From assembly GCF_000039765.1 (NCBI RefSeq), contig NC_004459.3, positions 2,121,127-2,153,126 of the forward strand: a stretch of DNA of 32,000 nucleotides, written 5' to 3'. Below the pieces are notes generated by a model, which was given only the letters and a program-made list of their open reading frames with translations, had not been told where the DNA came from and did no database searches. Positions 20,149 through 31,187 of the stretch are shown in pieces. Position 1 is the first letter of the stretch, and every line of letters starts with the position of its first letter. The translations under genes were made by a program, and so were the position numbers. The DNA is from Vibrio vulnificus CMCP6 (GTDB lineage: Bacteria > Pseudomonadota > Gammaproteobacteria > Enterobacterales > Vibrionaceae).

Positions 20149-20949
20149 TCATTTTGATGCGCGATTCTCTGCCATGATTTGTTCGTCAGTAAGAAGCAAA
20201 TCTCGCATGCCTTGCCATAGCTGGCCGAGGGTTTCGTACCAGTAGCGCTCAGTTTGCTCAAGGTAGATGGCTTTAGGGGCATATCTATCCCAAGCTTGAG
20301 AGATGTTCTTTTGCGCAAGGTAGTTTGTTGGCGCAGGTAACGGCGTTATGCCAGCGTCATGAAACTCTTTCATTGCACGTGCCATGTGACTGGCAGAAGT
20401 AACCAAAACCAGCTGTTTCTGACGCACAAATGCTGCTGCTTGTCTCGCCTCTTCCCAAGTATCTTTGGCATCTTCAAGAAGAATAATGTCTGATTTCGCG
20501 ACACCCAGAGCCAAAGCCACGTTTGCCATCATGCGCGCATGGCTGGTTTCTGAGCCGCCCGCATAGCCGGACAGAATCAATTTTGAGCCCGGATACATCT
20601 TTAAAATACGAATCCCTTCCGTCAAACGCATCAACGAAGCACGGCTTAACTCAGACGTAGGGGGGATTTGATCATCCACCACATGGCCATTGCCCAATAC
20701 CATGACGTAATCGACGGTTTGTACTTCGGGTAGAAATACAGAGTATTGCCTTTCTAATGGCATTAATAACTTGCTGGCAACGGGTTGGAAAGAAACCAAG
20801 AATATCCCCAAAAAGGAGAATAATATGATGAAACACCCCGTTTTTTGTCTGGTGCTAAACATAATCAGCATCAGACCAGCTAAGCCTATTAAAAGTAGTG
20901 CTGGCAAAGGCATTAACAGTGCCGAGAGCACTTTTTTCAGCTCAAACAT
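20149..20949 (-). CDS. elyC: Envelope biogenesis factor ElyC (DUF218/YdcF-like)
   Basis: MFELKKVLSALLMPLPALLLIGLAGLMLIMFSTRQKTGCFI... followed by VDYVMVLGNGHVVDD...KLILSGYAGGSETSHARMM; DUF218 motifs and N-terminal TM segments. Confidence 0.87.
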   Translation of the reverse strand: MFELKKVLSALLMPLPALLLIGLAGLMLIMFSTRQKTGCFIILFSFLGIFLVSFQPVASKLLMPLERQYSVFLPEVQTVDYVMVLGNGHVVDDQIPPTSELSRASLMRLTEGIRILKMYPGSKLILSGYAGGSETSHARMMANVALALGVAKSDIILLEDAKDTWEEARQAAAFVRQKQLVLVTSASHMARAMKEFHDAGITPLPAPTNYLAQKNISQAWDRYAPKAIYLEQTERYWYETLGQLWQGMRDLLLTDEQIMAENRASK

Positions 20950-21046
20950 ACAGAAATAGTCCGAAAAAACATCACTTGATAATAAAAATAAGAGAATGCC
21001 TCTTTATATCTGCTTTCCTTATGACAGAATAGCAGCACGATTAGAT

Positions 21047-21856
21047 ATGATAACTCAAGCTGCTGTGAACCAAGACCGTAATTTCGACGATATTGCCCAC
21101 AAATTTGCAAAAAATATTTACGGGTCAGACAAAGGCGAGATTCGCCAAGTGATTGTTTGGGAAGATCTTCAACAATTGTTAGCCACCTTTGACGAGGCCA
21201 AACAGCCTCTAACCGTATTGGATGCGGGGGGCGGGTTGGCACAAATGTCACAAAAGCTTGCCAAACTCGGACATCACATTGCCTTATGTGATCTATCTTC
21301 TGAAATGCTGCAATTAGCAGAGCAGGATATTGCAAAAAATGGCTTGCTTGAGCAGTATCGGCTGATCCATTCTCCGGTGCAGAAGATTGGTGAGCACCTA
21401 GCAGAGCCCGTCGATGTGGTGATGTTTCATGCCGTGATGGAATGGTTGGCGGATCCAAAATCCGCGTTGGAAACGGTATTAGAACAAGTCGCACCGGGTG
21501 GCGCCGCGTCTATTATGTTCTACAACCACCATGGCTTGGTTTATAAGAATGTGGTCTGTGGCAATATCCCACATATTCTTGAGGGTATGCCTCATCGCAA
21601 ACGCTTTAAGCTGCAACCGCAAAAAGGCCTAGAACCTCAATCTGTTTATCAGTGGATTGAAGACGCAGGTTTTGAAATTTATGGAAAATCCGGTATTCGC
21701 TGTTTCAGTGATTATATAGGGAACAGACAGAATATGGGTGATTACCAGTACGAGGATGTGCTCGAGTTGGAACGACGTCTGTGTCGCCAAGAGCCTTACC
21801 TCTCGCTGGGCCGATACATTCATGTGTGGGCTAAGAAGAAAGATAAACAGGAATAA
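21047..21856 (+). CDS. cmoM: tRNA 5-carboxymethoxyuridine methyltransferase CmoM (SmtA)
   Basis: [25 protein letters not shown]... and SAM-binding [20 protein letters not shown], immediately upstream of mukF. ATG at 21047 is preferred over the track start at 20996. Confidence 0.92.
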   Translation: MITQAAVNQDRNFDDIAHKFAKNIYGSDKGEIRQVIVWEDLQQLLATFDEAKQPLTVLDAGGGLAQMSQKLAKLGHHIALCDLSSEMLQLAEQDIAKNGLLEQYRLIHSPVQKIGEHLAEPVDVVMFHAVMEWLADPKSALETVLEQVAPGGAASIMFYNHHGLVYKNVVCGNIPHILEGMPHRKRFKLQPQKGLEPQSVYQWIEDAGFEIYGKSGIRCFSDYIGNRQNMGDYQYEDVLELERRLCRQEPYLSLGRYIHVWAKKKDKQE

Positions 21857-21858
21857 CA

Positions 21859-23196
21859 ATGAGTGAGACAACTCTCAATGCTGCAGAGCAACCAATCGAT
21901 GAATTGGTTAGTTGGGTTAAGCAGCACGATTTCTCATTGAACCTGACCACCGAGCGATTGGCGTTTCTCATCGCCATCGCTGTATTAAGTAACGAAAGGT
22001 TTGATGAAGAGTTGGGTGAAGGTGAGCTGCATGATGCGTTTACTATCGTCACTCGACTGTTTGAAGAAACGGGTGAAGCCTCAGCGTTTCGCGCCAATAA
22101 CGCCATCAATGAGTTGGTTAAGCAGCGCCTGATCAGCCGCTTTACCAGCGAAATGACGGAAGGTGCCAGTATCTACCGTCTTTCGCCGTTGGCGATCGGC
22201 ATTACTGACTACTATGTCCGTCATCGAGAATTCTCCAAGCTTAGACTATCGATTCAACTCTCCATGGTGGCTGGCGAAATGGCGAAAGCCATTGAAGCGG
22301 CCAAGCAAGGCGGGACGGCAGGGCATTGGAAGAAAAATGTCTATGCGGTGCTGAAATATTCAGTGGGTGAGATTTTCGATCAAATCGATCTCAACCAACG
22401 CGTGATGGATGAGCAACAACAATCGGTTAAACAGCAAATTGCCGATCTGCTGAACAAAGATTGGCGTGAAGCGATCAACAACTGTGAGTCACTGCTTTCA
22501 GAAACCTCGAACACGCTCAAAGAGCTGCAAGATACACTGCAAGCGGCAGGGGATGAGCTGCAAACTCAGATCTTGGATATTCAAGAGTTGGTCTATGGGG
22601 ATGAAGAACTCGAGTTTATCGAAGAAACTCTGTTTGGGTTGCAGATGAAGCTCGATCGCATCACCAGCTGGGGTCAACAAGCCATCGATCTGTGGATCGG
22701 TTACGACCGCCATGTTCACAAATTTATCCGTACCGCGATTGATATGGATAAAAACCGAATCTTCAGTACTCGTCTACGCCAATCGGTCAAAGATTACTTC
22801 GACATGCCATGGTATCTCACTTACGCAGATGCGGAACGTTTGAGCGATTTGCGTGATGAAGCCTTAGTGCTGCGTGACGATGAAGTGACCGGACAAGTGC
22901 CACTTGAAGTGGAGTATGAAGAGTTTCAACAAGTCAATGATGAGCTTGCCGAGCGTATCGGTGAGATGTTGCGCCTACATAAAGACAACGGCAAGCCGAT
23001 CGATCTCGGCATTGTGCTGAAAGATTATCTCGCGCAGCACCCTAGCACTCATCATTTCGATTTAGCTCGTATCGTTATCGACCAAGCGGTGCGCATGGGT
23101 TATTCCGAATCGGATTACCAAGCGATTCAGCCAGATTGGCAGGCAATTAACGACTACGGCGCAAAGGTACAAGCAAATGTCATCGACCGATATTAA
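21859..23196 (+). CDS. mukF: Chromosome partition kleisin MukF
   Basis: 445 aa [61 protein letters not shown]..., canonical MukF in a cmoM-mukFEB operon. Confidence 0.97.
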   Translation: MSETTLNAAEQPIDELVSWVKQHDFSLNLTTERLAFLIAIAVLSNERFDEELGEGELHDAFTIVTRLFEETGEASAFRANNAINELVKQRLISRFTSEMTEGASIYRLSPLAIGITDYYVRHREFSKLRLSIQLSMVAGEMAKAIEAAKQGGTAGHWKKNVYAVLKYSVGEIFDQIDLNQRVMDEQQQSVKQQIADLLNKDWREAINNCESLLSETSNTLKELQDTLQAAGDELQTQILDIQELVYGDEELEFIEETLFGLQMKLDRITSWGQQAIDLWIGYDRHVHKFIRTAIDMDKNRIFSTRLRQSVKDYFDMPWYLTYADAERLSDLRDEALVLRDDEVTGQVPLEVEYEEFQQVNDELAERIGEMLRLHKDNGKPIDLGIVLKDYLAQHPSTHHFDLARIVIDQAVRMGYSESDYQAIQPDWQAINDYGAKVQANVIDRY

Positions 23197-23899
23197 TGAA
23201 TACATGCCAGAAAATCTGGCCAAAGCGATTTGCAACCCGCTGTTTCCAGCATTGGATAGCATGCTGCGTGCAGGTCGTCACATCTCGAGTGAAGATTTAG
23301 ATAACCACGCACTGCTATCGGATTACGAAGTTGAGCTGTCGGCTTTTTATCAACGTTACAACACGGAGTTGGTGAAAGCGCCAGAAGGTTTCTTTTACCT
23401 TCGTCCGCGTTCAACCTCATTGATTGCCCGCAGTGTGCTCTCTGAGCTGGACATGTTGGTGGGCAAGGTGCTCTGTTTCCTTTACTTGAGCCCAGAGCGT
23501 TTGGCGCATGAAGGTATCTTTACCAATCAAGAGTTGTATGAAGAGCTGATCGCACTGACCGATGAAAAGAAACTGATGAAATTGGTGACCAACCGTGCGT
23601 CCGGGTCTGATCTCGACCGTGAAAAGTTGTTCGAAAAAGTACGCACCTCATTAAGACGTTTACGCCGTTTAGGCATGATCATCAATGTGGGAGACAGCGG
23701 CAAATTCAGCATCAGTGAAGCGGTGTTCCGTTTTGGTGCGGATGTGCGCGCGGGAGATGATATTCGCGAAGCGCAATTGCGTTTGATCCGCGATGGTGAA
23801 GCGGTGGTTCACACTCAAGAGCCGACTCAGGCAAGCCTACTGGCTGACGAAGAAGAACAGGATTATAACGAGCAAGCTGAATTAGAAGGTGAAGCATGA
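23177..23899 (+). CDS. mukE: Chromosome partition protein MukE
   Basis: [51 protein letters not shown]..., canonical MukE. It overlaps the mukF 3' end. Confidence 0.97.
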   Translation: MSSTDINEYMPENLAKAICNPLFPALDSMLRAGRHISSEDLDNHALLSDYEVELSAFYQRYNTELVKAPEGFFYLRPRSTSLIARSVLSELDMLVGKVLCFLYLSPERLAHEGIFTNQELYEELIALTDEKKLMKLVTNRASGSDLDREKLFEKVRTSLRRLRRLGMIINVGDSGKFSISEAVFRFGADVRAGDDIREAQLRLIRDGEAVVHTQEPTQASLLADEEEQDYNEQAELEGEA

Positions 23900-26800
23900 T
23901 TGAAAGAGGTAAATATCAATCGCTGACCATGGTCAACTGGAACGGCTTTTTCGCTCGTACCTTTGATATTGATGGATTGGTCACCACCCTGTCAGGGGGC
24001 AATGGTGCAGGTAAATCAACCACGATGGCGGCGTTCATTACCGCGTTGATCCCAGACCAAAGTTTGCTGCATTTCCGTAACACAACCGAAGCGGGCAGCA
24101 GCCAAGCCTCTCGCGATAAAGGGCTTTACGGTAAGCTACAACCGGGTGCCTGTTACGCGGCATTGGATGTGGTGAACTCACGCAATCAACGCTTACTGTT
24201 TGCGGTGAAGCTACAGCAAGTGGCGGGCCGTGACAAAAAAGTGGACATCAAGCCGTTTGTGATTCAAGGCTTGCCAAGTCATGTGAAGCCAACGGATGTG
24301 CTGATTGAATCGGTCTCGGCCACTCAGGCGCGCGTTCGTCAAATCAACGAAGTGAAAGAGAGCGTTGCTCAGTATGAGGGCGTTCAGTTTAAGAGCTTCT
24401 CTTCGATTGTCGATTACCATGCACAGATGTTTGAGTTTGGCGTTATTCCGAAGAAATTACGCAACTCGAGCGACCGTTCGAAGTTCTACCGCCTGATTGA
24501 AGCTTCATTGTATGGCGGTATTTCGAGTGCGATTACTCGTTCACTGCGTGACTACCTGTTGCCACAAAATGGTGGGGTTAAGAAAGCGTTCCAAGATATG
24601 GAATCGGCATTGCGTGAAAACCGTATGACGCTGGAAGCGATCAAAACGACGCAAGCTGACCGCGATCTTTTCAAGCATTTGATTACGGAATCCACCAATT
24701 ATGTGGCGGCAGACTATATGCGTCACGCCAATGAGCGTCACAAGAAGTTAGAGCAAAGTTTGTCACTACGCTCTGAACTCTTTAGCTCACGCGAGACACT
24801 GATTGAGCAAAACCGCTTACTGAATCAAGTTCAGCAAGAATTGGAAATGTTGGTTGAATCAGAATCGGCATTGGAGCAAGACTATCAAGGCGCTTCTGAC
24901 CATTTGCAGTTGGTGCAAAATGCTTTACGTCAGCAAGAGAAAATCGAGCGTTACCAAGAAGATCTTGAAGAGCTGAATGAGCGTCTTGAAGAGCAATCCA
25001 TGGTCGTGGAAGAAGCGCAAGAGCGCGTCTTAATGGCCGAAGAGCAGTCTACCGTCGCAGAGAACGAAGTAGACAGCTTGAAAACGCAGTTGGCCGATTA
25101 CCAACAGGCGTTGGATGTGCAGCAAACTCGCGCGCTTCAATATCAACAGGCAGTTCAAGCGCTAGAAAAAGCCAAAGTGCTTTTGTCTGACAGCACGTTA
25201 ACCGCTGAATCTGCGCAAGCCTTGGTAGCGCAGTTAACCCAAAGCGAAGCAGAGCAGACCCAAGCCTTGTTGGCGCTAAAGCACAAACTGGATATGTCCT
25301 CCGCGGCCGCGCAACAGTTTGAAAATGCGCTGAAATTAGTGCACAGCATTGCTGGTCAAGTTGAACGTGCAGAGGCTTCTCGCCATGCGAAAGCGGCTAT
25401 TCAACAAGCGCGTTCCGCGCAGCAAGTGGTGCAAAACGAAAACCAATGGCGCGCGCAGCATCGTGACTTAGAACGTAGCTTGAATCAGCAAAACCAAGCG
25501 CAAGCCTTGGTCGCGGAATACCAAAAAGCACACCAAGTTACGCTTGATGATGAAGTGATGTTTGAGCAAGAGCGTGAACGTCATCATGCCCAACTTGACT
25601 CTCTTGAGATTGCGTTGGAAGAGAATCGCGAATTGCGTAGCGAGCAGCGCCGTCAGGAGCAAGATTTACAAAGTGACATCACGCAGCTTCAGGCGATCGC
25701 GCCAAAATGGATTGCGGCCAATGATGCACTCGAAAAACTGCGTGAGCAAAGTGGCGCAGAGCTAGCGGATAGCCAATCGGTGATGTCACAAATGCAGCAA
25801 GTTCTTGAGCAAGAGAAACAGCTTTCTCAAGCCAAAGACAAGCTGGCAGAGCGTCGCAGCCAACTGGAAAGTGAAATTGAACGTCTGGCCTCTCCTGGTG
25901 GTTCTAATGACCCACGTTTGAAAGGTTTAGCGGATACGCTAGGCGGTGTCTTGCTTTCTGAGATCTATGACGACATCACCATTGACGATGCGCCTTACTT
26001 CAGTGCGATGTACGGCCCTGCACGTCATGCGATTGTGGTGTCCGATTTGTCGGGCATCGAAGAAAAACTGGTGGAACTCGACGACTGTCCTGAGGATCTT
26101 TACATCATTGAAGGCGATGTGGATGCCTTTGATGACAGCTCAATCAAAGCGGAAGAGCTAGAGGGCGCAGTGTGCGTGCGTTTGAACGATCGTCAAATGC
26201 GTTACTCTCGTTTCCCTGTGATCCCGCTGTTTGGTCGTGCAGCACGTGAACAACGTTTAGAGCTGCTGCGTAGCGAGCGCGAAGAAGTCGTTGAAAAGCA
26301 CGCGAAAGCGGCATTTGACGCGCAGAAAATGCAGCGTCTATTCCAAGCGTTTAACCAGTTTGTGGCTGAGCACATCCAAGTGGCCTTTGCTGCGGATCCC
26401 GAGCAAGCACTTGTGATTGCGCGCGATAAGCGTAACCAACTGACGCGCACTTTGGCTGAGTTGGAAGCGAAAGAGCTGCAGATGCGCAGCCAAATCCAAA
26501 ACAGTAAGCAAGCGCTTACCATGCTGGATAAATTGGCACCGATGATGGCGGTGATCAGCGATGACACCATCGGAGAGCGCTTCGCGGAACTGGAAGAGAA
26601 AATTGCTCAGTTGGCCGATGCGAAGCAGTTCTTAGGCGCACACGCCAAAGCGGTTGAGCAGTTAGAAAGCCAATTAGCGGTACTTGACGCTGATCCTGAG
26701 CAGTTCGATGCACTGGAAGCGCAATATCAAAGCGCAGATAGCCAATTGCAAGCGTTGAAGAAGCAAATTTTCGCCTTGTCGGATTTGGTTGAACGTCGCC

Positions 26801-28359
26801 ACTATTTTGCTTACGCCGATTCGGTTGATCTGCTTAGCAAGAGCAGCGAGCTGAGTGAACAGCTAAAAGCGAAATTGGTGGAAGCGGAACGTGCACGTAG
26901 CCGTTACCGTGATGAGCTCAAGCAGCAGCAAGAGCAGATGAACCAATACAACCAAGTGTTGGCCTCTCTAAAGAGTTCATATCAAGCGAAGTTGGAAACG
27001 GTTCAAGAATTTAAGCAAGAGCTGGCAGAGTTTGGTGTCAGTGCCGATGAAGGGGCGTTGGAGCGCGCGATTCGTCGTCGTGATGAACTTCACGAGCGTT
27101 TGCACACCTCACGCAGCCGTAAGAGCGAGTACGAACGTACCCTTACTTCAACAGAGCTGGGCATGAAAGAACTCGCCAAGCGCTTGAAGAAGGTGCAAAA
27201 AGAGTACGTAGAACTGCGTACGTTTGTCGTTGCTGCGAAAGCAGGCTGGTGCTCAGTACTGCGTTTAGCACGTGAAAACGACGTTGAGCGCCGCCTACAC
27301 AAGCGTGAGCTGGCTTACTTGTCGGCGGGTGAACTGCGTTCCATGTCGGATAAATCACTGGGTGCACTGCGTCTTGCGGTTGCCAACAATGATGATCTGC
27401 GTGATGCACTGCGACTCTCTGAAGATAATGCGCGTCCTGAACGCAAAGTATTGTTCTACATTGCGGTTTACCAGCACTTACGTGAGCGTATTCGCCAAGA
27501 CATCATCCATACCGATGATCCGGTCGAAGCGATTGAAGAGATGGAAGTGGAACTGGCTCGTCTGACTGAAGAGTTGACCATGCGTGAAAACCGCTTGGCC
27601 ATCAGTTCTGAGTCGGTGGCGAGCATCATTAAGAAAACCATCCAACGTGAACAGAACCGTATTCGCATGTTGAACCAAGGTTTGTCCAATATCTCGTTTG
27701 GCCAGGTGAAGGGAGTTCGACTCAATGTGAAAGTGCGCGAAAGCCATGAAGTGTTACTGAATGGTCTCGCCACGCAGCAAGAACAGCATAAAGATCTGTT
27801 TGAAACGGCACGTTACACCTTCTCTGAAGCGATGGCGAAACTGTTCCAGCGTGTTAACCCGCACATTGATATGGGGCAACGTTCACCACAAGTCTTGGGT
27901 GAAGAACTGCTGGATTACCGCAACTACCTTGAATTGAGCATTGAAGTAAACCGTGGCTCTGATGGTTGGCTACAAGCGGAATCGGGTGCACTGTCTACTG
28001 GTGAAGCGATTGGTACTGGCCAATCTATTCTCTTGATGGTGGTGCAAAGCTGGGAAGAAGAGTCACGTCGTCTGCGTAGTAAAGACATCGTACCGTGTCG
28101 TTTGCTGTTCCTTGATGAGGCGGCGCGTCTGGATGCGAAATCGATCTCAACACTGTTTGAGCTTTGTGACCGCCTCGATATGCAACTGCTTATCGCTGCG
28201 CCAGAGAACATCAGCCCAGAGAAAGGCACCACTTATAAACTGGTGCGTAAAGTGTTTAAAGATCACGAACACGTGCATGTCGTCGGTTTGCGTGGCTTTG
28301 GCCAAGAGCAGAAACCGAAGAGTGAAGCGCAACAGATGATCGAAGAGTTTGAAGCGTAA
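23896..28359 (+). CDS. mukB: Chromosome partition protein MukB (SMC-like)
   Basis: 1487 aa. Walker [22 protein letters not shown], long coiled-coil arms, hinge region, and C-terminal [32 protein letters not shown]...[14 protein letters not shown] signature and Walker B. Confidence 0.99.
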   Translation: MIERGKYQSLTMVNWNGFFARTFDIDGLVTTLSGGNGAGKSTTMAAFITALIPDQSLLHFRNTTEAGSSQASRDKGLYGKLQPGACYAALDVVNSRNQRLLFAVKLQQVAGRDKKVDIKPFVIQGLPSHVKPTDVLIESVSATQARVRQINEVKESVAQYEGVQFKSFSSIVDYHAQMFEFGVIPKKLRNSSDRSKFYRLIEASLYGGISSAITRSLRDYLLPQNGGVKKAFQDMESALRENRMTLEAIKTTQADRDLFKHLITESTNYVAADYMRHANERHKKLEQSLSLRSELFSSRETLIEQNRLLNQVQQELEMLVESESALEQDYQGASDHLQLVQNALRQQEKIERYQEDLEELNERLEEQSMVVEEAQERVLMAEEQSTVAENEVDSLKTQLADYQQALDVQQTRALQYQQAVQALEKAKVLLSDSTLTAESAQALVAQLTQSEAEQTQALLALKHKLDMSSAAAQQFENALKLVHSIAGQVERAEASRHAKAAIQQARSAQQVVQNENQWRAQHRDLERSLNQQNQAQALVAEYQKAHQVTLDDEVMFEQERERHHAQLDSLEIALEENRELRSEQRRQEQDLQSDITQLQAIAPKWIAANDALEKLREQSGAELADSQSVMSQMQQVLEQEKQLSQAKDKLAERRSQLESEIERLASPGGSNDPRLKGLADTLGGVLLSEIYDDITIDDAPYFSAMYGPARHAIVVSDLSGIEEKLVELDDCPEDLYIIEGDVDAFDDSSIKAEELEGAVCVRLNDRQMRYSRFPVIPLFGRAAREQRLELLRSEREEVVEKHAKAAFDAQKMQRLFQAFNQFVAEHIQVAFAADPEQALVIARDKRNQLTRTLAELEAKELQMRSQIQNSKQALTMLDKLAPMMAVISDDTIGERFAELEEKIAQLADAKQFLGAHAKAVEQLESQLAVLDADPEQFDALEAQYQSADSQLQALKKQIFALSDLVERRHYFAYADSVDLLSKSSELSEQLKAKLVEAERARSRYRDELKQQQEQMNQYNQVLASLKSSYQAKLETVQEFKQELAEFGVSADEGALERAIRRRDELHERLHTSRSRKSEYERTLTSTELGMKELAKRLKKVQKEYVELRTFVVAAKAGWCSVLRLARENDVERRLHKRELAYLSAGELRSMSDKSLGALRLAVANNDDLRDALRLSEDNARPERKVLFYIAVYQHLRERIRQDIIHTDDPVEAIEEMEVELARLTEELTMRENRLAISSESVASIIKKTIQREQNRIRMLNQGLSNISFGQVKGVRLNVKVRESHEVLLNGLATQQEQHKDLFETARYTFSEAMAKLFQRVNPHIDMGQRSPQVLGEELLDYRNYLELSIEVNRGSDGWLQAESGALSTGEAIGTGQSILLMVVQSWEEESRRLRSKDIVPCRLLFLDEAARLDAKSISTLFELCDRLDMQLLIAAPENISPEKGTTYKLVRKVFKDHEHVHVVGLRGFGQEQKPKSEAQQMIEEFEA

Positions 28360-28378
28360 ACTCAATAGCGATAAAACC

Positions 28379-28413
28379 AAACGCCCGCGATGATCATCGC
28401 GGGCGTTTTTTTA
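28379..28413. terminator. Rho-independent terminator after mukB, possibly shared with the convergent AraC gene
   Basis: ACGCCCGCGATGATCATCGCGGGCGT, a complete 26-bp palindrome, followed by a T run. Confidence 0.88.
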
Positions 28414-29460
28414 TTGTTGATGAAGCTCAGGGCGAGTCAGCGCTTGCTGGCGAAATTGCTTCGGTGACGCGCCGCTCCATTTACGAAATGCGTGACGGAA
28501 ATTGGCGCTATCGGAAAAACCAACACGCTCTGAAATCTCTTCAATGCTCATTTTCGTGGAAGCAAGGTAGTGGCGGGCAAAATGGAAGCGTACATGATCT
28601 AAGATTTGTTGGTAGCTACTCTCTTCTGTTTTCAAGCGACGGCGAAGGGTTCTTGAGGACATGCCAAGTTCGGCGGACAAGGTTTCAATAGATGGATAAT
28701 ACCCTGGTCTTTCCACAAACATTTGGGTGATTTTTTCCTTGAGGCTCGCTTTGCCGCTTACTTTCTCCAACATTTCGTCGCACGATTTAAGGCACAGTTG
28801 CAGTGTGGCGGTATTGGCCGCGGGAAGAGGCTCTTGCAAACTCCTAGCATCAAACTGCCACTCTAAACGTGGGCTGTTAAACTCGATTTGGCAGTGAAAT
28901 ATTTGCCGATACAGTTCACTGTATTCCGGTTCGGGATAGGGGAAACGGATAATCGTGGAAGGGAAGGGCTTTTGCATCACTTCTTCGCATAAGCTGTGTA
29001 TTGCAGCAAACCAATATTCACAACAAAACGGCAAAAGAGATTGCAAATCAATCAATTGTTCGGCTCGAAAATAGCCGGTATGGCCTTCGATACCCATGGT
29101 CTTTTTGAGCACAGGGCCGGCCAATCGCAGGTACTTAAAACCAATCATCATCGCGTCGAAGAGCGTATTGCTGCTAAATATCGCGTAACCCAGCACGCCA
29201 AAATCACTAAATCGGGCTTGCTGACCGACGCGCAGACCTAATCCGCCCTCTTCTGAATGGGCTAAGGCATTGCTAAAAATCGCCAATTTTTGTGCGAGAG
29301 TGATGTGCGTGTCCGGAGTATAGAGTTGCGAAACGCTGAGACCACTGCCGAGCAGCAGTGAGTCAATGCTGACTTTTGATTCCAAATAGCGGTTGAGTAG
29401 CTGCAGATCTAAAATGCCACAAGCTTGAGCATCCGGTTCATAAACGGCAACGTATTTCAT
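28411..29460 (-). CDS. AraC-family transcriptional regulator with N-terminal arabinose_bd-type (PF12625-like) domain
   Basis: The C-terminal two-HTH domain includes YPSIETLSAELGMSSRTLRRRLKTEESSYQQILDHVRFHFARHYLASTKMSIEEISERVGFSDSANFRHAFRKWSGASPKQFR. The N-terminus is a typical ~200 aa sensor. ATG at 29460 is preferred over the track start at 29484. Confidence 0.92.
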   Translation of the reverse strand: MKYVAVYEPDAQACGILDLQLLNRYLESKVSIDSLLLGSGLSVSQLYTPDTHITLAQKLAIFSNALAHSEEGGLGLRVGQQARFSDFGVLGYAIFSSNTLFDAMMIGFKYLRLAGPVLKKTMGIEGHTGYFRAEQLIDLQSLLPFCCEYWFAAIHSLCEEVMQKPFPSTIIRFPYPEPEYSELYRQIFHCQIEFNSPRLEWQFDARSLQEPLPAANTATLQLCLKSCDEMLEKVSGKASLKEKITQMFVERPGYYPSIETLSAELGMSSRTLRRRLKTEESSYQQILDHVRFHFARHYLASTKMSIEEISERVGFSDSANFRHAFRKWSGASPKQFRQQALTRPELHQQ

Positions 29461-29621
29461 TGTCCCTCTCCATTTCAACGTCATCCTAGCGCGGACTGAG
29501 GTGCGATTTAGTCACCTTAAGATAATTTTGTCCGAATATCACCGTTTTTTGTCTTTTTGTAACCTGTGCGTCATGTTATCAAAATGTTGTAATCATTTAA
29601 ATTGCACCGTGGGAGAGAAAC

Positions 29622-31106
29622 ATGAATGTACTGGCTAGGCAAGATAGGGACGTACATCGCGATCAAGGAGTGATGGCAACCCATGACGCCACAGCAAGCG
29701 AACTTGCAACGTGGTTTTCCGAATTACAAACGGCTTATCAAGCAGAGCCTAGCGCGAGCTACTTGGTGAGAAAACATCGATTACTGGCGCTAAAAAAACA
29801 ACTTTCTCGCTATCAAGACATACTAGCAGAAGCAATGAGTCAAGATTTTGGAGGTCGAAGTCATACCGAGTCCATCATGGCGGATGTGCTTGCGCCAATT
29901 CTTGATATCAACCATGTGCTCAAACACTTGAAGGGGTGGATGAAGCCCAGCCGAAGAGCGACAGAGTGGCTGTTTAAAGGCAATCAACTGGAGGTTCGTT
30001 ATCAGCCGAAAGGCGTGGTAGGCATTATCTGCCCTTGGAACTTCCCGTTGTATCTCTCGATAGGCCCGATGATCACGGCGTTAGCCGCAGGCAATCGCTG
30101 TATGATCAAGATGCCACCCAATTGCCCGCAAACCACGCGACAGCTCCGTCGCATGCTTGCCGAGATCTACCCAACAAATCTAGTTCGTATCGTAGAAGGT
30201 ACGCATCCAGAAGCTATGGACATTTCACATTTGCCTTTTGATCATTTGGTGTTTACTGGGTCCCCCACGAGCGGAAAGATCATCATGGCAAACGCTGCCG
30301 CCAATCTCACGCCGGTGACTTTAGAGCTGGGGGGCAAGTCGCCAGTGGTGGTGTTTGATGATTATGAGATAGAAAAAGCAGCGCAGCGAATTGCGCATGG
30401 TAAAGGGTTCAACTCTGGGCAAATCTGTATCGCTCCCGATTACGCGTTTGTGCCTGAAGGTAAGCAGGAAGCCTTTATTGATGCGTTGAAATCTGCCCAT
30501 CAAAGTATGTACGGTGATATCAAGGCCAATCAAGATTACACCGCGCTAGTTGACGACGCGCAGTACCAGCGATTCCATAGCTTGCTTGAGGATGCGCGAA
30601 GTAAAGGAGCGACGATTACCCAATGTCTTGAACCTGGAGAAGGGCGAAAAACGCCGCTGTATATTGCGACCAATCTGACGCCAGATATGCGTATCTGCCA
30701 AGAAGAGATCTTTGGGCCTCTGTTACCTGTTCACACCTTTCAGGCCATCGAAGAGGTCATCGACTATATCAACCAACGGCCAAGGCCTCTGGCGTGTTAC
30801 TTGTTCAGCCATCATCCAAAACAACGTGAAACCTTGCTCACTCAAACCCACAGTGGCGGTGTCACCATCAATGGCTGGGGCTGGCATGTGCTCAACCATT
30901 CTGTGCCGTTTGGCGGCGTCGGCAATTCCGGCATCGGCAACTACCATGGCGAAGAGGGCTTTCGTGAACTTAGCCACGCACGCACCGTTTTGAAAATGCG
31001 TGATTGGTTTCCGATTCAGTTGTTTGCGCCACCCTATGGCAATTGGGTGCAAAAACTGGTGGTACGCGTGTTTGCTGGCAAACCTGATCCCACGCTGAAA
31101 GAGTGA
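29622..31106 (+). CDS. Coniferyl/long-chain-type aldehyde dehydrogenase
   Basis: GVVGIICPWNFPLYLSIGPMITALAAGNRCMIKMP, TLELGGKSPVVVFDDYEIEKAAQRIAHGKGFNSGQICIAPDY and CQEEIFGPLLPV are canonical ALDH motifs, with catalytic Cys in GQICIAPDY. Confidence 0.93.
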   Translation: MNVLARQDRDVHRDQGVMATHDATASELATWFSELQTAYQAEPSASYLVRKHRLLALKKQLSRYQDILAEAMSQDFGGRSHTESIMADVLAPILDINHVLKHLKGWMKPSRRATEWLFKGNQLEVRYQPKGVVGIICPWNFPLYLSIGPMITALAAGNRCMIKMPPNCPQTTRQLRRMLAEIYPTNLVRIVEGTHPEAMDISHLPFDHLVFTGSPTSGKIIMANAAANLTPVTLELGGKSPVVVFDDYEIEKAAQRIAHGKGFNSGQICIAPDYAFVPEGKQEAFIDALKSAHQSMYGDIKANQDYTALVDDAQYQRFHSLLEDARSKGATITQCLEPGEGRKTPLYIATNLTPDMRICQEEIFGPLLPVHTFQAIEEVIDYINQRPRPLACYLFSHHPKQRETLLTQTHSGGVTINGWGWHVLNHSVPFGGVGNSGIGNYHGEEGFRELSHARTVLKMRDWFPIQLFAPPYGNWVQKLVVRVFAGKPDPTLKE

Positions 31107-31187
31107 TTTTTAAAACAGCTTCAACCGTACTGATGGCGTTGAAAACGTCATAAAGCAGAAATACCCAGTCGAGGTAGAGGAGAGAGC

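Noticed and set aside
24211-28232. Numerous short antisense and alternate-frame ORFs inside mukB
   Set aside because: Expected shadow ORFs in a 4.5-kb gene. Their composition mirrors MukB coiled-coil codons in other frames.
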